Below are positions 32,871 through 43,500 of a stretch of 64,000 nt of DNA, one piece after another. Every line of letters starts with the position of its first letter. Positions within the stretch are counted from its first letter, which is position 1. The position numbers and the translations under genes were made by a program. Below the pieces are notes generated by a model. That model made no database searches and was not told where the DNA came from. It saw only the letters and a list, made by a program, of their open reading frames with translations. This stretch comes from a virus (taxonomy: Duplodnaviria; Caudoviricetes), in the IMG/VR virus record IMGVR_UViG_3300032011_004028, positions 10,896 to 74,895 of that record. The stretch is one strand, 5' to 3'.

Positions 32871-35800
32871 TAAGTGACATAGATATAATTATTGCGGCTA
32901 TATGTTTCGTTTATGAAATACCTTTAATCTTATTGGATAACGCCGTGGATGTGATATGGGACTCTCTGACCATGGGGAGCCCTGCTTTGTTGGCGAATTT
33001 TTTTGGAGGAGGGTCGGTTCCCACTAATAGATCGCCGGTTACAGACCAACGAGGAGTGGTGTCCGGCAAAATTTCCTCGGACGAAAGCAAGGGGCAATTA
33101 GTAGTAGTAGATTCTGATGCAGAAGTTGTAGATTTAATAGGAGAAGGTTCTATAGAAGGCCTCGTCTCCGGGACATGGAGCTTCGAAGGAGCAAAGGGGG
33201 CCACTGGCTACACTACAACAACGCCTTGGATGGGGTCCAACGGGTTTACTCATTATATCGCGACGGGGACCCTCGTTGACTCAGACAGTGAGGAGGCCAA
33301 ACAACAGCGCAAGGACTTGGGCTTCTTGCAGTCTATATACTGGAACAACACTCCTGTAGCAGATAGAAACGGATTCTATAATTTCTCCAATATCAACGTT
33401 GAATATACTAAGGGGCTACCAGAGGGCAATTTAGCAGCTTTAAATCCAGACCTCCCTTTTCAGGAATCGATGGATTTGACAGTTGAAAGACCTATTGGGG
33501 AAAGATTGTACGGCCTTTCCCTCCAAGGGGGCAGTATCCCCAGCGCCACAAAAGACAGTACACCATCCCAGAGCGAATTGGCGGAAAGCGCCGCTATAGA
33601 TACTGTTGCTAAAACTTATTCAATAATCAACAAAGAATGCGGCAAAGTTCAATTACGCGTGAGAGTGTCTCAGTTGTTCGAACAAATAAGAGACGATGAT
33701 GCCCCTAGGAGTTATGATGAAGACGATGACATCCCAGCAGTGGGGTATGGAGACATTAAAGCTCGCTCTATTAGATACAATATTTATTACCGCCCTTTAT
33801 TTGACACTTACTCAGACACTACCGACGGTACACCCCCAGAAATCCCTAAATGGGAATTTTACAAAACGGAAACTATACAAGGTCATGTAGATCAAGTATA
33901 TGTGCGTTCTACAACTATAGACTTCCCTTCTGAATATTTTGATCAACCCGGCTTCAATGGATGGGAAATTAAAATCATCAGGACAACCCCAGAGTCTCTT
34001 ACTGCTTATTTAAAAAACCAAAGCTTTGTAGATTCTATTGTAGAAATTTATGGCACTAAGCTGCGTTACCCTTATAGCAGCATGGTATACTCTAAATTTG
34101 ATGCCGAATTTTTTAGCAGAATTCCTTCGCGCTCGTACGACACGAAGCTTTTAAAAGTTAAGATCCCTAACAATTACAACCCCATAAAGAAAACGTACGG
34201 CAGAAGTGATGCGCTAACCATACTAGACGCGGGATGGGGGCTAGGAGGCGGTACAATTAACTGTAAGGTTACTACTAAACTGAAAGAAGATCAATTAGTC
34301 TACTTTCAAAACGGGGCCATTATGAAAGTTGGGACCGAAACTCTCCCTACTGCTAGTACGTCTATACCCGCCGGGTCAACATGGGTAAGAGGAGGGTCAC
34401 ATGGAGCTCTCTATGGAAACTATCAATACCCCACTCTTGGAGACCAAGCAGCGACTACCGAAGGATACTCCGGAGGAACTGATAGCGATAATTTTTGGGA
34501 TGGAGGCTTTAAGCAGATAGATCAGTGGCCCGCAGGGATGGCGGTTCCTTTTCCGACCCCTGCTCTTGTGGAAAAAGAATGGACCGATAATCCGGCGTGG
34601 TGTTTTTATGATTTATTAACTAATCCTAGATACGGTTTAGGAGACTTTTTGGAAGAATCCCAAGTGGATAAATGGGCCTTGTATGAAATTTCCCAATACT
34701 GTGATGTTATAGTTCCTGATGGAAATGGGGGGTTAGAGCCCCGTTTTACCATGAACCATATAATCACTTCGCGCGAAGAAGCTTACAAGGTTGTCAATGA
34801 CCTCTCTTCTATTTTTCGGGGAATTGTCTACTACTCTAATGGCCTCATACATGCAGTTCAAGACGCTTTCAAGCAACCCCTTTATCAATTTAACAATTCT
34901 AACGTGGTGGAGGGTAGTTTTAATTATTCCTCCTCCTCAAAGAAGTCTCGTCACAGCGTAGCAGTGGTAAGATATATAGATAAAACTAACCTATATCAAC
35001 CCGCGGTAGAGTATGTAGAAGATCCAGAATCTATAAAAAGATATGGCTTACGTCAGATAGAAACTACCGCGCTGGGGTGTACTAGTCGCGGTCAAGCTCG
35101 AAGATTTGGTCAATGGCTCCTAGCGAGCGAGTCTCAGGAGACCGAAAGTGTTTCATTTGACGTAGGTCAAGATGGAGCTTATTTGAAACCGGGCGATATA
35201 GTTCAAATATATGATCAATACCGCACCCCTTTGAAGTTTGGCGGAAGGACTAATATAGTTCAAGGAGTCGAATCTTCTCCGGCGGGACCGATAACCTACC
35301 CCGAGCCTGTAATAGTTGACGGCGAATATACTCTCGGCCCAGACCAAGGACCCGTAACGGGGAATAGTATTATAATTGATAATGCCGTAGCTTTTACCCC
35401 GGATACTATTTATAAGTTCTCGCTTTTAACTCCTACTTACAATTATGAGTCTACGGAAATTAGCGACCTAGCCTCCACGGATGAAGTAAGAAGGTCCCAA
35501 ATTCAAAATTTATATTTCGATGGAAGCCATACCCAGACGATCACAGGATCTTATGGCGATAACCTATTACGGTCCGACTATGAAGAAGGAGGAAGCGGGA
35601 TTGCTACTCAAATTTATTTCCATACCGGGCTTATGCTCACAGATGGAACCCCTATAGGAACAGGGAATCAGTTGGATTTCGACAATTATGTTATTACTGG
35701 CTACACCAATGATTATGTCAAAGGGGACGTGGATGGAACCACAGATGTCCCCGCTTCTTATTCGGGGGGATGCTTTTCTGGAGAAAATCTAGTGTGGAGC

Positions 35801-38800
35801 GCTGAGGTAAACAACCCCACGGGAAGTGAATATATTAGTGGGCATTTTGCTAACTATCGTATTATAAACGTTGCTGAGAGTGACCAAGATAATAGCTACG
35901 GAGTATCCGCTTTAGCCTATTCTACAGGAAAATATGACTACGTAGAGAATCGCTTAGCTTTTGAGGACGTGCAAGTAGATAAAAGACCGATTTGGCCTTA
36001 TCTTCATTATAACAGAACTATTCCACAGTCGGGTATTCAAGACTGGGCAACTATAGAGGCCGGGCACCCTAATGATAATACCGCTGGGTTTCCTGAAGCT
36101 CGGTACGACGACTATTCAACGTTTGAAGTCACTTTCCCTCAAGCCTCCACCGCTCTCGAAGCTGGTATGGCAGCGGGCGTTAACACCCGGTATGACATAC
36201 AGTCAGCAAGTAAATTTTCATTGCCCCAACGGATGAATTATCACATTTACGTAATGGAGCAGGATACATTGGGGAATGGTTTCAATGATGCTAGTCTTAC
36301 AAAGAACAGTTTTACTATCCCCATCAACGATGGCGGCGCTACTGAAAATGTAGGAGCCATCCTTCATGAAGTAACCGACGAGGAATATAATAAGAACTTT
36401 TTAATGACCGATTCGGATAACCTTCCCCCTGAGCGGCCGGTTCTTTATTACTTAGACGGGGACCCTACAAAAAGCGCCTCCCAAAAAGGCTTTGCTATTG
36501 GGGCGACAACAGTAGAAGATGGTAAGACACCCAAGGCGGTTCAGTTTTTCTTAGAAAAATTAATTACGAAAGACACTAATTATTGGTTTGCTATATTTGC
36601 ATTCAATAATCGAACCCGTTCCCGTGAAGCTATTGTCGGATTGATCCCTTCTACGACAGCGGTAGTCTCGAACGGTCTAATCTCCTCTAAAAGAATTAAA
36701 TCTAATCAAACTTTTTCTCTCGTTAAAGGGCTTAATATAGATGGGTTGTCGACTCAAAGCCTGATTGGTCCCTCCACTACGCGAAATGCCTTAAATGTAT
36801 TAAATTCCACTCAGCCTTCTTTTAACTGGGACCTTTCAAATATTTACGATGAAGATAACGTAGGTTTAATAGATTTTTATGACGATTACGGAAAGAGAAT
36901 GGCTCTCTCAAGTACGCAGTTATACCGTATTACTATAAGAAAATATAACAAACGCTTCGAAACTAATAGCGCGGTTAATGACTGGACCCCTTCTTCCGAT
37001 ATATATTTAGAAATAACGGGATATGAACAGCCAATATTTAACGCTTCTTTTGTCTTCTTACGAGACTATAACAGTCCCCATATAGTTTCCAGTCTTCATG
37101 AGAATAGTGACGCCACCAAATATGACGCCCAAGGAAAAGCAGACGCTTCTCTCTCTCAAGAAGATACCGCATGGTATAAAGTAGATGAAAGTGGGGTTAT
37201 ATTCAAAAATAACCCTAATGCTTTCCCTCTAAGGCAGTTTGATGTTGTTGTAGAAGCTCATGACAGAGATGGGGCCACTAGCGCGGGCAACTTCGTTTGG
37301 AACGGAACAATTAACCCCGTGCTTACAGTGGGAGAGGAAACAACCAATACTTACCAAGAGATGAACGGGTATAACTTCTTGCCATGTTCTCTGGGAACAC
37401 CTAGCGGTTTAGTGTTTGCTCAGTATGATGAAGACCCTAAGGATAGGTTGGATGATTATTCCTTCTTGACGCAAGGCCAAGCCCATACGAGAGAATACCC
37501 TTACTTGGCTCATGCAGCGGTTTATACAAATGGAGAACTTCACCTAAATTTGGATCTCTCCCAAGATCTGGCAGGCAATACTATTTTAGATCCCGCACAA
37601 CTAAAGAATAGTTTTCCTGATGTAAGAGGTTTGGTTTATTATTATAGCACGGGAGACAACTCAAGTATTGACAGTGAAGTAGAAGGATTGAACGGGAAGA
37701 GTCAAATAGTCTTCAACCCAAATAATAAGGCTCCCTTCTTTGACCTCCAGCCGGAAAACATAGCGAGCTCTTTTAATTTTGGGCGCCAAGGAAATGTTAA
37801 ATATATAAAAAGCAATGGCGATTACGGCGACTACGGAAAAAAGAATTCTCCAGCCGCGACTGAAGGTCAGCTGGCAGAAAATATAGCGGAGGAAGGGCAA
37901 CCTCCGGTTTATCGCGACACAGGAAAAAATGTATTAGTTTATAGATATTTTCATCTTTTTGATAGTTCTACCGATCCCCGTAATATAATCATTAAGTTCC
38001 CTAAAATTGCGGCAAGTAATGTACAAAATCTTTATTTGACCGTGGCTCTTTTTGATAGTCTATCTTTCTTAGAACATTTTGATGAACGGGGATTTCCTAA
38101 AACTAAAGCGTTAGATTTAAACGGCGCTGCTTCCGAGACAAGTAAAACACCAGTTCCGGGCGTAATAATAAAACCTAACGGAGATCCCGAGGTTGTAGCT
38201 CAAACAGTTGAGACTATTCTTCTCGACGACACCCTGAATTTCTCTACCATTCCATATGACAGCCATGACGCTGCGGGCCAACCTGTTGACTGGAAGGATG
38301 AGCTTAGGAATGAAACAGTGAATCCCCCAGTAGGGTTCATGCTCCCTCCGGGATCCCCTATTTTCCTTAAAGAAAGGAGCTTACAGACCAAAGGTCAGTC
38401 GGCTCTAGCTTACAGGGCATGGTGGGATATAACCCTAGATCCGGGAGAGCAATATTTTGAAATGGATTTTGATCAGCCACTAGTAACTACAGAGGGAGAC
38501 ACGACCCCATTCTACAGGGGGCCATATAAACTAAATCGAGCAGAGCTCCCTGAGAGCGAAGCTGCCATAGAGAAGATTTCTGGTCCTTTTGTGAAATATG
38601 CCGAGAGCGTCACGGCTGCCCTTAATAAAAATAAGTTTAAAGGAATATCCTCTATCGATTTTGAGGTGACACCCTCGAGTCTTCTTGAATATGGCACCCC
38701 GGGAGACCGAAGGCATTTTCCTTTCGAGGGATACCTCACTATTAATTTTGAGACCGAGCAGGACCCGTCTAAATATACGGTGGATTTAGAATTCAAAGGA

Positions 38801-39640
38801 ATGACGGCGGCCTCCTCCCAGCAACAAGTAGTAAAAATAACAGATGGCCCCAATGAAACCAATCAAAATTCTAATTTAAGGGATTACGTCCCTAATGATT
38901 ACCCCCTTGGAGACTGCCGCCTTGAAGAAAAGTCTAAAAAATATATTAAACTCTTTCTCTCCCCCTTCTATATAGGCAGCGTCTCACAAGGGGGAATGTC
39001 TGCGGAAGAAAAGGTGCAGTCAGGTGAATGGTGGTGGTGGAGAAAGTGGTGGGTGGCGAGCCCCGGGAGGGTCGATTACGGCACATATAGGAATCAGTGG
39101 AAAAGTGGTGGTTATCCTGCAAATGGCGCACGAACCAAGGTACAGTTAAGAGCGGGAGTTACCCTGAAGGCGCAGCCCTACGGAGCAAGGTACCTACAGT
39201 TTGACTCTAGGGTTACTGCTGGTGTTACTACGAATGTGAGGTACTTTAGCACCTTCGGGTTTCAAGACTACCTGAAAAACGCCACAACCAACGAGATAAT
39301 AAAAGGCTGGGTTCCTAACAATAAGACGTGGTACCCCAACTTTAATGGAGGAGGAGACGACCTTAATAACAATGGAAGATTTTACATGATGACAAACCTA
39401 AACTCTGAGGGATCCCTTGATTACATTCAAGAAGGTAAGTGGTCCATTGATACTTGGGTTACGGGTATGGAGGGCTCGGTGGAAGCAGAGGCTCTTTCTA
39501 AACAGCAGCAAAAGGTAAATACTTTTATCGCCAATGCTTACGGGAAATCCGGTTTGGCTAACTGGAACTTTTTAGGTCAACAAATCAAGATTAAAGGTGG
39601 TATATTGCAGACGGATACTTTTGACGTCGTACCCCTTTAA
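32867..39640 (+). CDS. Lambda gpJ-like central tail fibre / host-specificity protein (2257 aa)
   Basis: VVDLIGEGSIEGL, YPYSSMV...FDAEFF, WTDNPAWCFYDLLTNPRYGLG, VDKWALYEISQYCD, EPRFT, GCTSRGQARRFGQWLL, LKPGDIVQI. Confidence 0.9.
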   Translation: MISDIDIIIAAICFVYEIPLILLDNAVDVIWDSLTMGSPALLANFFGGGSVPTNRSPVTDQRGVVSGKISSDESKGQLVVVDSDAEVVDLIGEGSIEGLVSGTWSFEGAKGATGYTTTTPWMGSNGFTHYIATGTLVDSDSEEAKQQRKDLGFLQSIYWNNTPVADRNGFYNFSNINVEYTKGLPEGNLAALNPDLPFQESMDLTVERPIGERLYGLSLQGGSIPSATKDSTPSQSELAESAAIDTVAKTYSIINKECGKVQLRVRVSQLFEQIRDDDAPRSYDEDDDIPAVGYGDIKARSIRYNIYYRPLFDTYSDTTDGTPPEIPKWEFYKTETIQGHVDQVYVRSTTIDFPSEYFDQPGFNGWEIKIIRTTPESLTAYLKNQSFVDSIVEIYGTKLRYPYSSMVYSKFDAEFFSRIPSRSYDTKLLKVKIPNNYNPIKKTYGRSDALTILDAGWGLGGGTINCKVTTKLKEDQLVYFQNGAIMKVGTETLPTASTSIPAGSTWVRGGSHGALYGNYQYPTLGDQAATTEGYSGGTDSDNFWDGGFKQIDQWPAGMAVPFPTPALVEKEWTDNPAWCFYDLLTNPRYGLGDFLEESQVDKWALYEISQYCDVIVPDGNGGLEPRFTMNHIITSREEAYKVVNDLSSIFRGIVYYSNGLIHAVQDAFKQPLYQFNNSNVVEGSFNYSSSSKKSRHSVAVVRYIDKTNLYQPAVEYVEDPESIKRYGLRQIETTALGCTSRGQARRFGQWLLASESQETESVSFDVGQDGAYLKPGDIVQIYDQYRTPLKFGGRTNIVQGVESSPAGPITYPEPVIVDGEYTLGPDQGPVTGNSIIIDNAVAFTPDTIYKFSLLTPTYNYESTEISDLASTDEVRRSQIQNLYFDGSHTQTITGSYGDNLLRSDYEEGGSGIATQIYFHTGLMLTDGTPIGTGNQLDFDNYVITGYTNDYVKGDVDGTTDVPASYSGGCFSGENLVWSAEVNNPTGSEYISGHFANYRIINVAESDQDNSYGVSALAYSTGKYDYVENRLAFEDVQVDKRPIWPYLHYNRTIPQSGIQDWATIEAGHPNDNTAGFPEARYDDYSTFEVTFPQASTALEAGMAAGVNTRYDIQSASKFSLPQRMNYHIYVMEQDTLGNGFNDASLTKNSFTIPINDGGATENVGAILHEVTDEEYNKNFLMTDSDNLPPERPVLYYLDGDPTKSASQKGFAIGATTVEDGKTPKAVQFFLEKLITKDTNYWFAIFAFNNRTRSREAIVGLIPSTTAVVSNGLISSKRIKSNQTFSLVKGLNIDGLSTQSLIGPSTTRNALNVLNSTQPSFNWDLSNIYDEDNVGLIDFYDDYGKRMALSSTQLYRITIRKYNKRFETNSAVNDWTPSSDIYLEITGYEQPIFNASFVFLRDYNSPHIVSSLHENSDATKYDAQGKADASLSQEDTAWYKVDESGVIFKNNPNAFPLRQFDVVVEAHDRDGATSAGNFVWNGTINPVLTVGEETTNTYQEMNGYNFLPCSLGTPSGLVFAQYDEDPKDRLDDYSFLTQGQAHTREYPYLAHAAVYTNGELHLNLDLSQDLAGNTILDPAQLKNSFPDVRGLVYYYSTGDNSSIDSEVEGLNGKSQIVFNPNNKAPFFDLQPENIASSFNFGRQGNVKYIKSNGDYGDYGKKNSPAATEGQLAENIAEEGQPPVYRDTGKNVLVYRYFHLFDSSTDPRNIIIKFPKIAASNVQNLYLTVALFDSLSFLEHFDERGFPKTKALDLNGAASETSKTPVPGVIIKPNGDPEVVAQTVETILLDDTLNFSTIPYDSHDAAGQPVDWKDELRNETVNPPVGFMLPPGSPIFLKERSLQTKGQSALAYRAWWDITLDPGEQYFEMDFDQPLVTTEGDTTPFYRGPYKLNRAELPESEAAIEKISGPFVKYAESVTAALNKNKFKGISSIDFEVTPSSLLEYGTPGDRRHFPFEGYLTINFETEQDPSKYTVDLEFKGMTAASSQQQVVKITDGPNETNQNSNLRDYVPNDYPLGDCRLEEKSKKYIKLFLSPFYIGSVSQGGMSAEEKVQSGEWWWWRKWWVASPGRVDYGTYRNQWKSGGYPANGARTKVQLRAGVTLKAQPYGARYLQFDSRVTAGVTTNVRYFSTFGFQDYLKNATTNEIIKGWVPNNKTWYPNFNGGGDDLNNNGRFYMMTNLNSEGSLDYIQEGKWSIDTWVTGMEGSVEAEALSKQQQKVNTFIANAYGKSGLANWNFLGQQIKIKGGILQTDTFDVVPL

Positions 39641-39655
39641 AATTATAATTAATTG

Positions 39656-40522
39656 ATGGAATCGGCAGCTTTCTCAGCAAGTATAAAAAAAGATAGCAAG
39701 AATCTATATCTTTCTACTAATTATTTAGTTTCCACTCCTAACGGGACTTACGTTAAAGTTGGTAAAAATGAAATATTTTATCAGGTAGAATCCTCCCGTA
39801 CCCTTCAACTAAAGAAGAAGTTCGTATGCCATGGGGATTATATCACAATAAAAGGAGATTATACCTCCCAGATAAGCCGAGGAGACTCTGCTAAGCTTTA
39901 TTTCGCCGAAAAAGAGGCAGTTTCCATAGGTGAAGTAGTTAAAGGAGCGCCTAAAAGAGCTTTTGGAGAAATTTTTGCTGCTCAAGGTGGTCATCAATCT
40001 AGTTCTCGGGATAACCTTACAGGCTTTCCCGCTTCTATTAGGATAGGGTCGGTAGATAAAAAAGGCTTTCCTCAGGAATGCTTCATAAACGAGGGAGGTC
40101 GTTATCTTACGCCGCCTTCTAATCCTGTGGAAGTTACCCATGAAGATGGCACTACCCTTGAATTAAATATTGAATTTGATGACGCATCAGAGACTTCGGT
40201 ATTTGAAAGGGATTTTCAACACGTTGAGTTCCGTGGTGGACTAACAAAACTCCACATGAGCTACCCTTTTCCTACGGATATACAAGAGGGAGAGATGATC
40301 CTTTCTAAAACAGTTTTCTCTTTATCCCAACCTTATTCCGCTGAAGGTGTTGATAACGTACCTTGCCAGACTAGCTCCGACTTTTCCCCTATTAATAAAA
40401 TCCCCCTCATGCCGCCTAGCTGCATAGCTCCCCATTCGATATATAATAAAGCGATGGAAACTATTGATATAAGGCTCATGGAGCTTGAGCGGGAAATAAC
40501 CCGCTTAAAAGCAAAGAATTAA
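39656..40522 (+). CDS. Putative tail-associated protein with C-terminal coiled coil
   Basis: Last gene of the M-L-K-I-J block; beta-rich body ending in IDIRLMELEREITRLK. ATG at 39656 preferred to TTG at 39653. Confidence 0.55.
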   Translation: MESAAFSASIKKDSKNLYLSTNYLVSTPNGTYVKVGKNEIFYQVESSRTLQLKKKFVCHGDYITIKGDYTSQISRGDSAKLYFAEKEAVSIGEVVKGAPKRAFGEIFAAQGGHQSSSRDNLTGFPASIRIGSVDKKGFPQECFINEGGRYLTPPSNPVEVTHEDGTTLELNIEFDDASETSVFERDFQHVEFRGGLTKLHMSYPFPTDIQEGEMILSKTVFSLSQPYSAEGVDNVPCQTSSDFSPINKIPLMPPSCIAPHSIYNKAMETIDIRLMELEREITRLKAKN

Positions 40523-43500
40523 ACTGACCCAAACTTGGTAGTATTTTGGAGAAGCCCCCCGGGTCGCTGCTGCTTTATAATTTCCTGAACGACGACAGTC
40601 TGTAAAGCGGCACCCAGTTGTTTGTTTTTCTCAGCCTCTTTCACTGACCCCTCGGAAGATGCATTGCTACTGTCCTGAGAGGCATCTACGCTAGCATTTC
40701 CTCGTTTATCAACATTGACGTTGATGCTAACGTTATTGTTAATGCCAGCTCCTACTGTACCTGCCGAACCAACATACCCTCCATTGGCGTAACCGGGAAC
40801 ATTACCACGATTGAGCTCGTTCATAAAACCCAATCCGTGAGTACGGACGGTATCAGGACTCATTACGTATTCACCACCCATTAACATAGCTGGAGAACGT
40901 TTAGCCGATCCACCTTGCGCCATATCAGGTAAGCCGCTATCGTTTATACCCACTCCCGCATCCAAATAATCACGAGCGCTCATGCCGCCCCGTTGTGAAG
41001 CGCTCAAGGCATTAAAGTTTTTCCTGCCTCCTCCGCTTACACTGGCACCCGTTAATTCGGATGTCAGTGGTCCGGTTTTCCCCATCATATAACTTCCGCC
41101 GATTAACATGGCTGCATTAGCGTAGGCGCTTATGAGCCTTCCCCTTTTTTTAGCCTCATGAGCTCTCACTACTTCTTTGCGACGACGAGTCTCATCAGTT
41201 AAATAGTCCTGATAACCCCCCATAGCCTCTTCCCTACTAAACATTCTAGCGGTTTGAGGGTCATCGGCTCCTAACCTTCCTGCTAATGATAAACCGCTAC
41301 TTACATCGTAGGCACCTTCAGTGGGGCGAGACCTCTCACTTACCAAACGTCCAGTCGCGGGATCTCTACGGTAAAAATTGAACCCCTTACTCAAGGAAAT
41401 AGCAGCGCTCTGAGATGAACCACCCGCAAAGCTAGCCCCTGTAGCGTTAACATCCGGCCCTCCGTAATAACCGTAAGCCCCTCGACCATGACCGTAATCC
41501 TGCCCCCTCCAAGGGGAGGCCTGCTTTTGATTACTTTGATTAATTAATCCTGACACAGCGCTTGCTCCAGCCGAAACCGCAAACATCCCCCCCATACTGT
41601 ACCCCGGCGCTCCACCATTAATTGCATTTAAAGCACTATAGCCAATCTTTTGAGCTGCAGATTTTTTAATAACAAACTCCCCGCCATTCATCATGGCTGG
41701 AACATCATCTTTGTAACCAGAACCACCAGTTACTATCCCCCCTCTATTATACCCCGGAACCGAACCCCCCCGTGAAAAACCCATTTGAGAGAACAGCATG
41801 TTAGTTCCGATACGTGCTGTGATGTCTGAAATTGTATTTAATATACTATCGGCAAACTGAGCTATTGCGCTACGGGCATCTGTAGCTCCGCTTGTTATAC
41901 TCTTAAACGCGTCGGCAAAAGAAGACTTCATGGATGCAGCGGCATCGGCTCCTCCTGACTTTAAATCATCGAATAAAGCGTAGTCGTCATAAGTCATTCC
42001 ACCACGGAAACCTCGGCCAAAAGCGCCCCCTATATCACTCTGGTTAATGCCTTCTGTACGCATTCTATTTCTTTGCGTGATATCTTGTTGCGACAAAACA
42101 TCAGCAGCACTCATTTTCCCGGCCGCTCTAAGATCCTCGTAATATACTAGTTTCTTCTGGTCTACTATTTGCTTAGTTATGGCGAGCTCATTAGCTTTAT
42201 CTTTATTGAACTGGCGAGAGATTTCAAGCATCTTCTTATCAATAGCATTCTGTTTTTCTGCTAAAGTTTTTGCGTTGCTATTCTGTATACCGAGCTCTTT
42301 CATTTTTTGATCGAGCTCCTCGCTTCTTGTGAGCAGCTTATCTAAAACTTTTGGTCCAAATTCTTTTACTATCTGCTCTTCAATAGTGAGGGTACCTTTT
42401 TTTCTCTCTTTTTCTTGAACAGCTAAAATTCTCTCTTGCAATGCGTCAGTACCACCTCGGCCCAAACTTTGGAAAGTGCTACGAGCGATATCTATATTAG
42501 GAACGTCTACACCGCCGCCGAATGGCAGACCGAAGGCACCCTTAGGTAAAGCCCTTCCGGTCTTAGGGTCGAAAGCTGTCCCTGTGCGACCCCAAGTCCC
42601 TTTGTCGAATTTTGAGGCAAAAGTTTCAAATTCTTTAGCAAATCCTGCCACATCAGAGGCCATTTGAGAGTCAAAAGTCTCTCTGGCCACGCGGCTCGCA
42701 TTTTCAAAATTCTTAGCAGCTTCGTTAAGGGATTGCGCTAGCTTTGCGTCGGCTACCCCGAAAGTATCCTTAGTAGCTTTCGCTAAAGCCATGTCATAAT
42801 TATTTTGAACTTTTCTTAATTCAGTACTTTGTTTTATTTCAAGTTGAGTTTCTTTAACTCGATTTTTACTGGCTACTGAAGCTTGCCTGAGCCCCTCAAC
42901 AAAAGACCGAGTCTCTCTAGCTCCGATTCTTGCGGCTGCCTTCTGCTCTTCTGGGGCTAGTTTGGATGCTGATTCTGCGAGTCCTATATCTTGTTTTATG
43001 GATTGCGGGCTAAATTGACTAGCAAAGGGCTTAGCCTTCCTACCCTTAACGTCAGTGGAAATCCAGCCACTACCCGCTCCCGGGATGCCCCTTCCTGACA
43101 GCATGTTTATAAAAGCTATCCTAGCTTCCGGTGTATTTACAGTTTTCTTAAAAGCGGTGCGCGCGTCCGAAGCTATACCAGCTACGTCCATAGCTTTATC
43201 CATTCTCTTTTCAAAACCTCCTCCGGCAGCCATCAGCGGACTGGATCTAAATATATCATAATTTCGACCCCCAGATGGGCCTAACCTCGAGGTTTGGGCG
43301 GTCAACCCCTGAATAATGCTTAACGCTTCTGGGTTATTCCTTAAGACGGTTCCTATGTCCCCTTTCTGATCCAGAGCCTTTGTTCCCATAAACTTACTAT
43401 AAAAATCCGGAGTGGCACGAGCGGCTCTAGCTTTTCGCGCTGAACCAATCTCCCTTTGAAATTCCTCCATCATACCCTCGCCAGCAAGGTGCTTTAGCAC

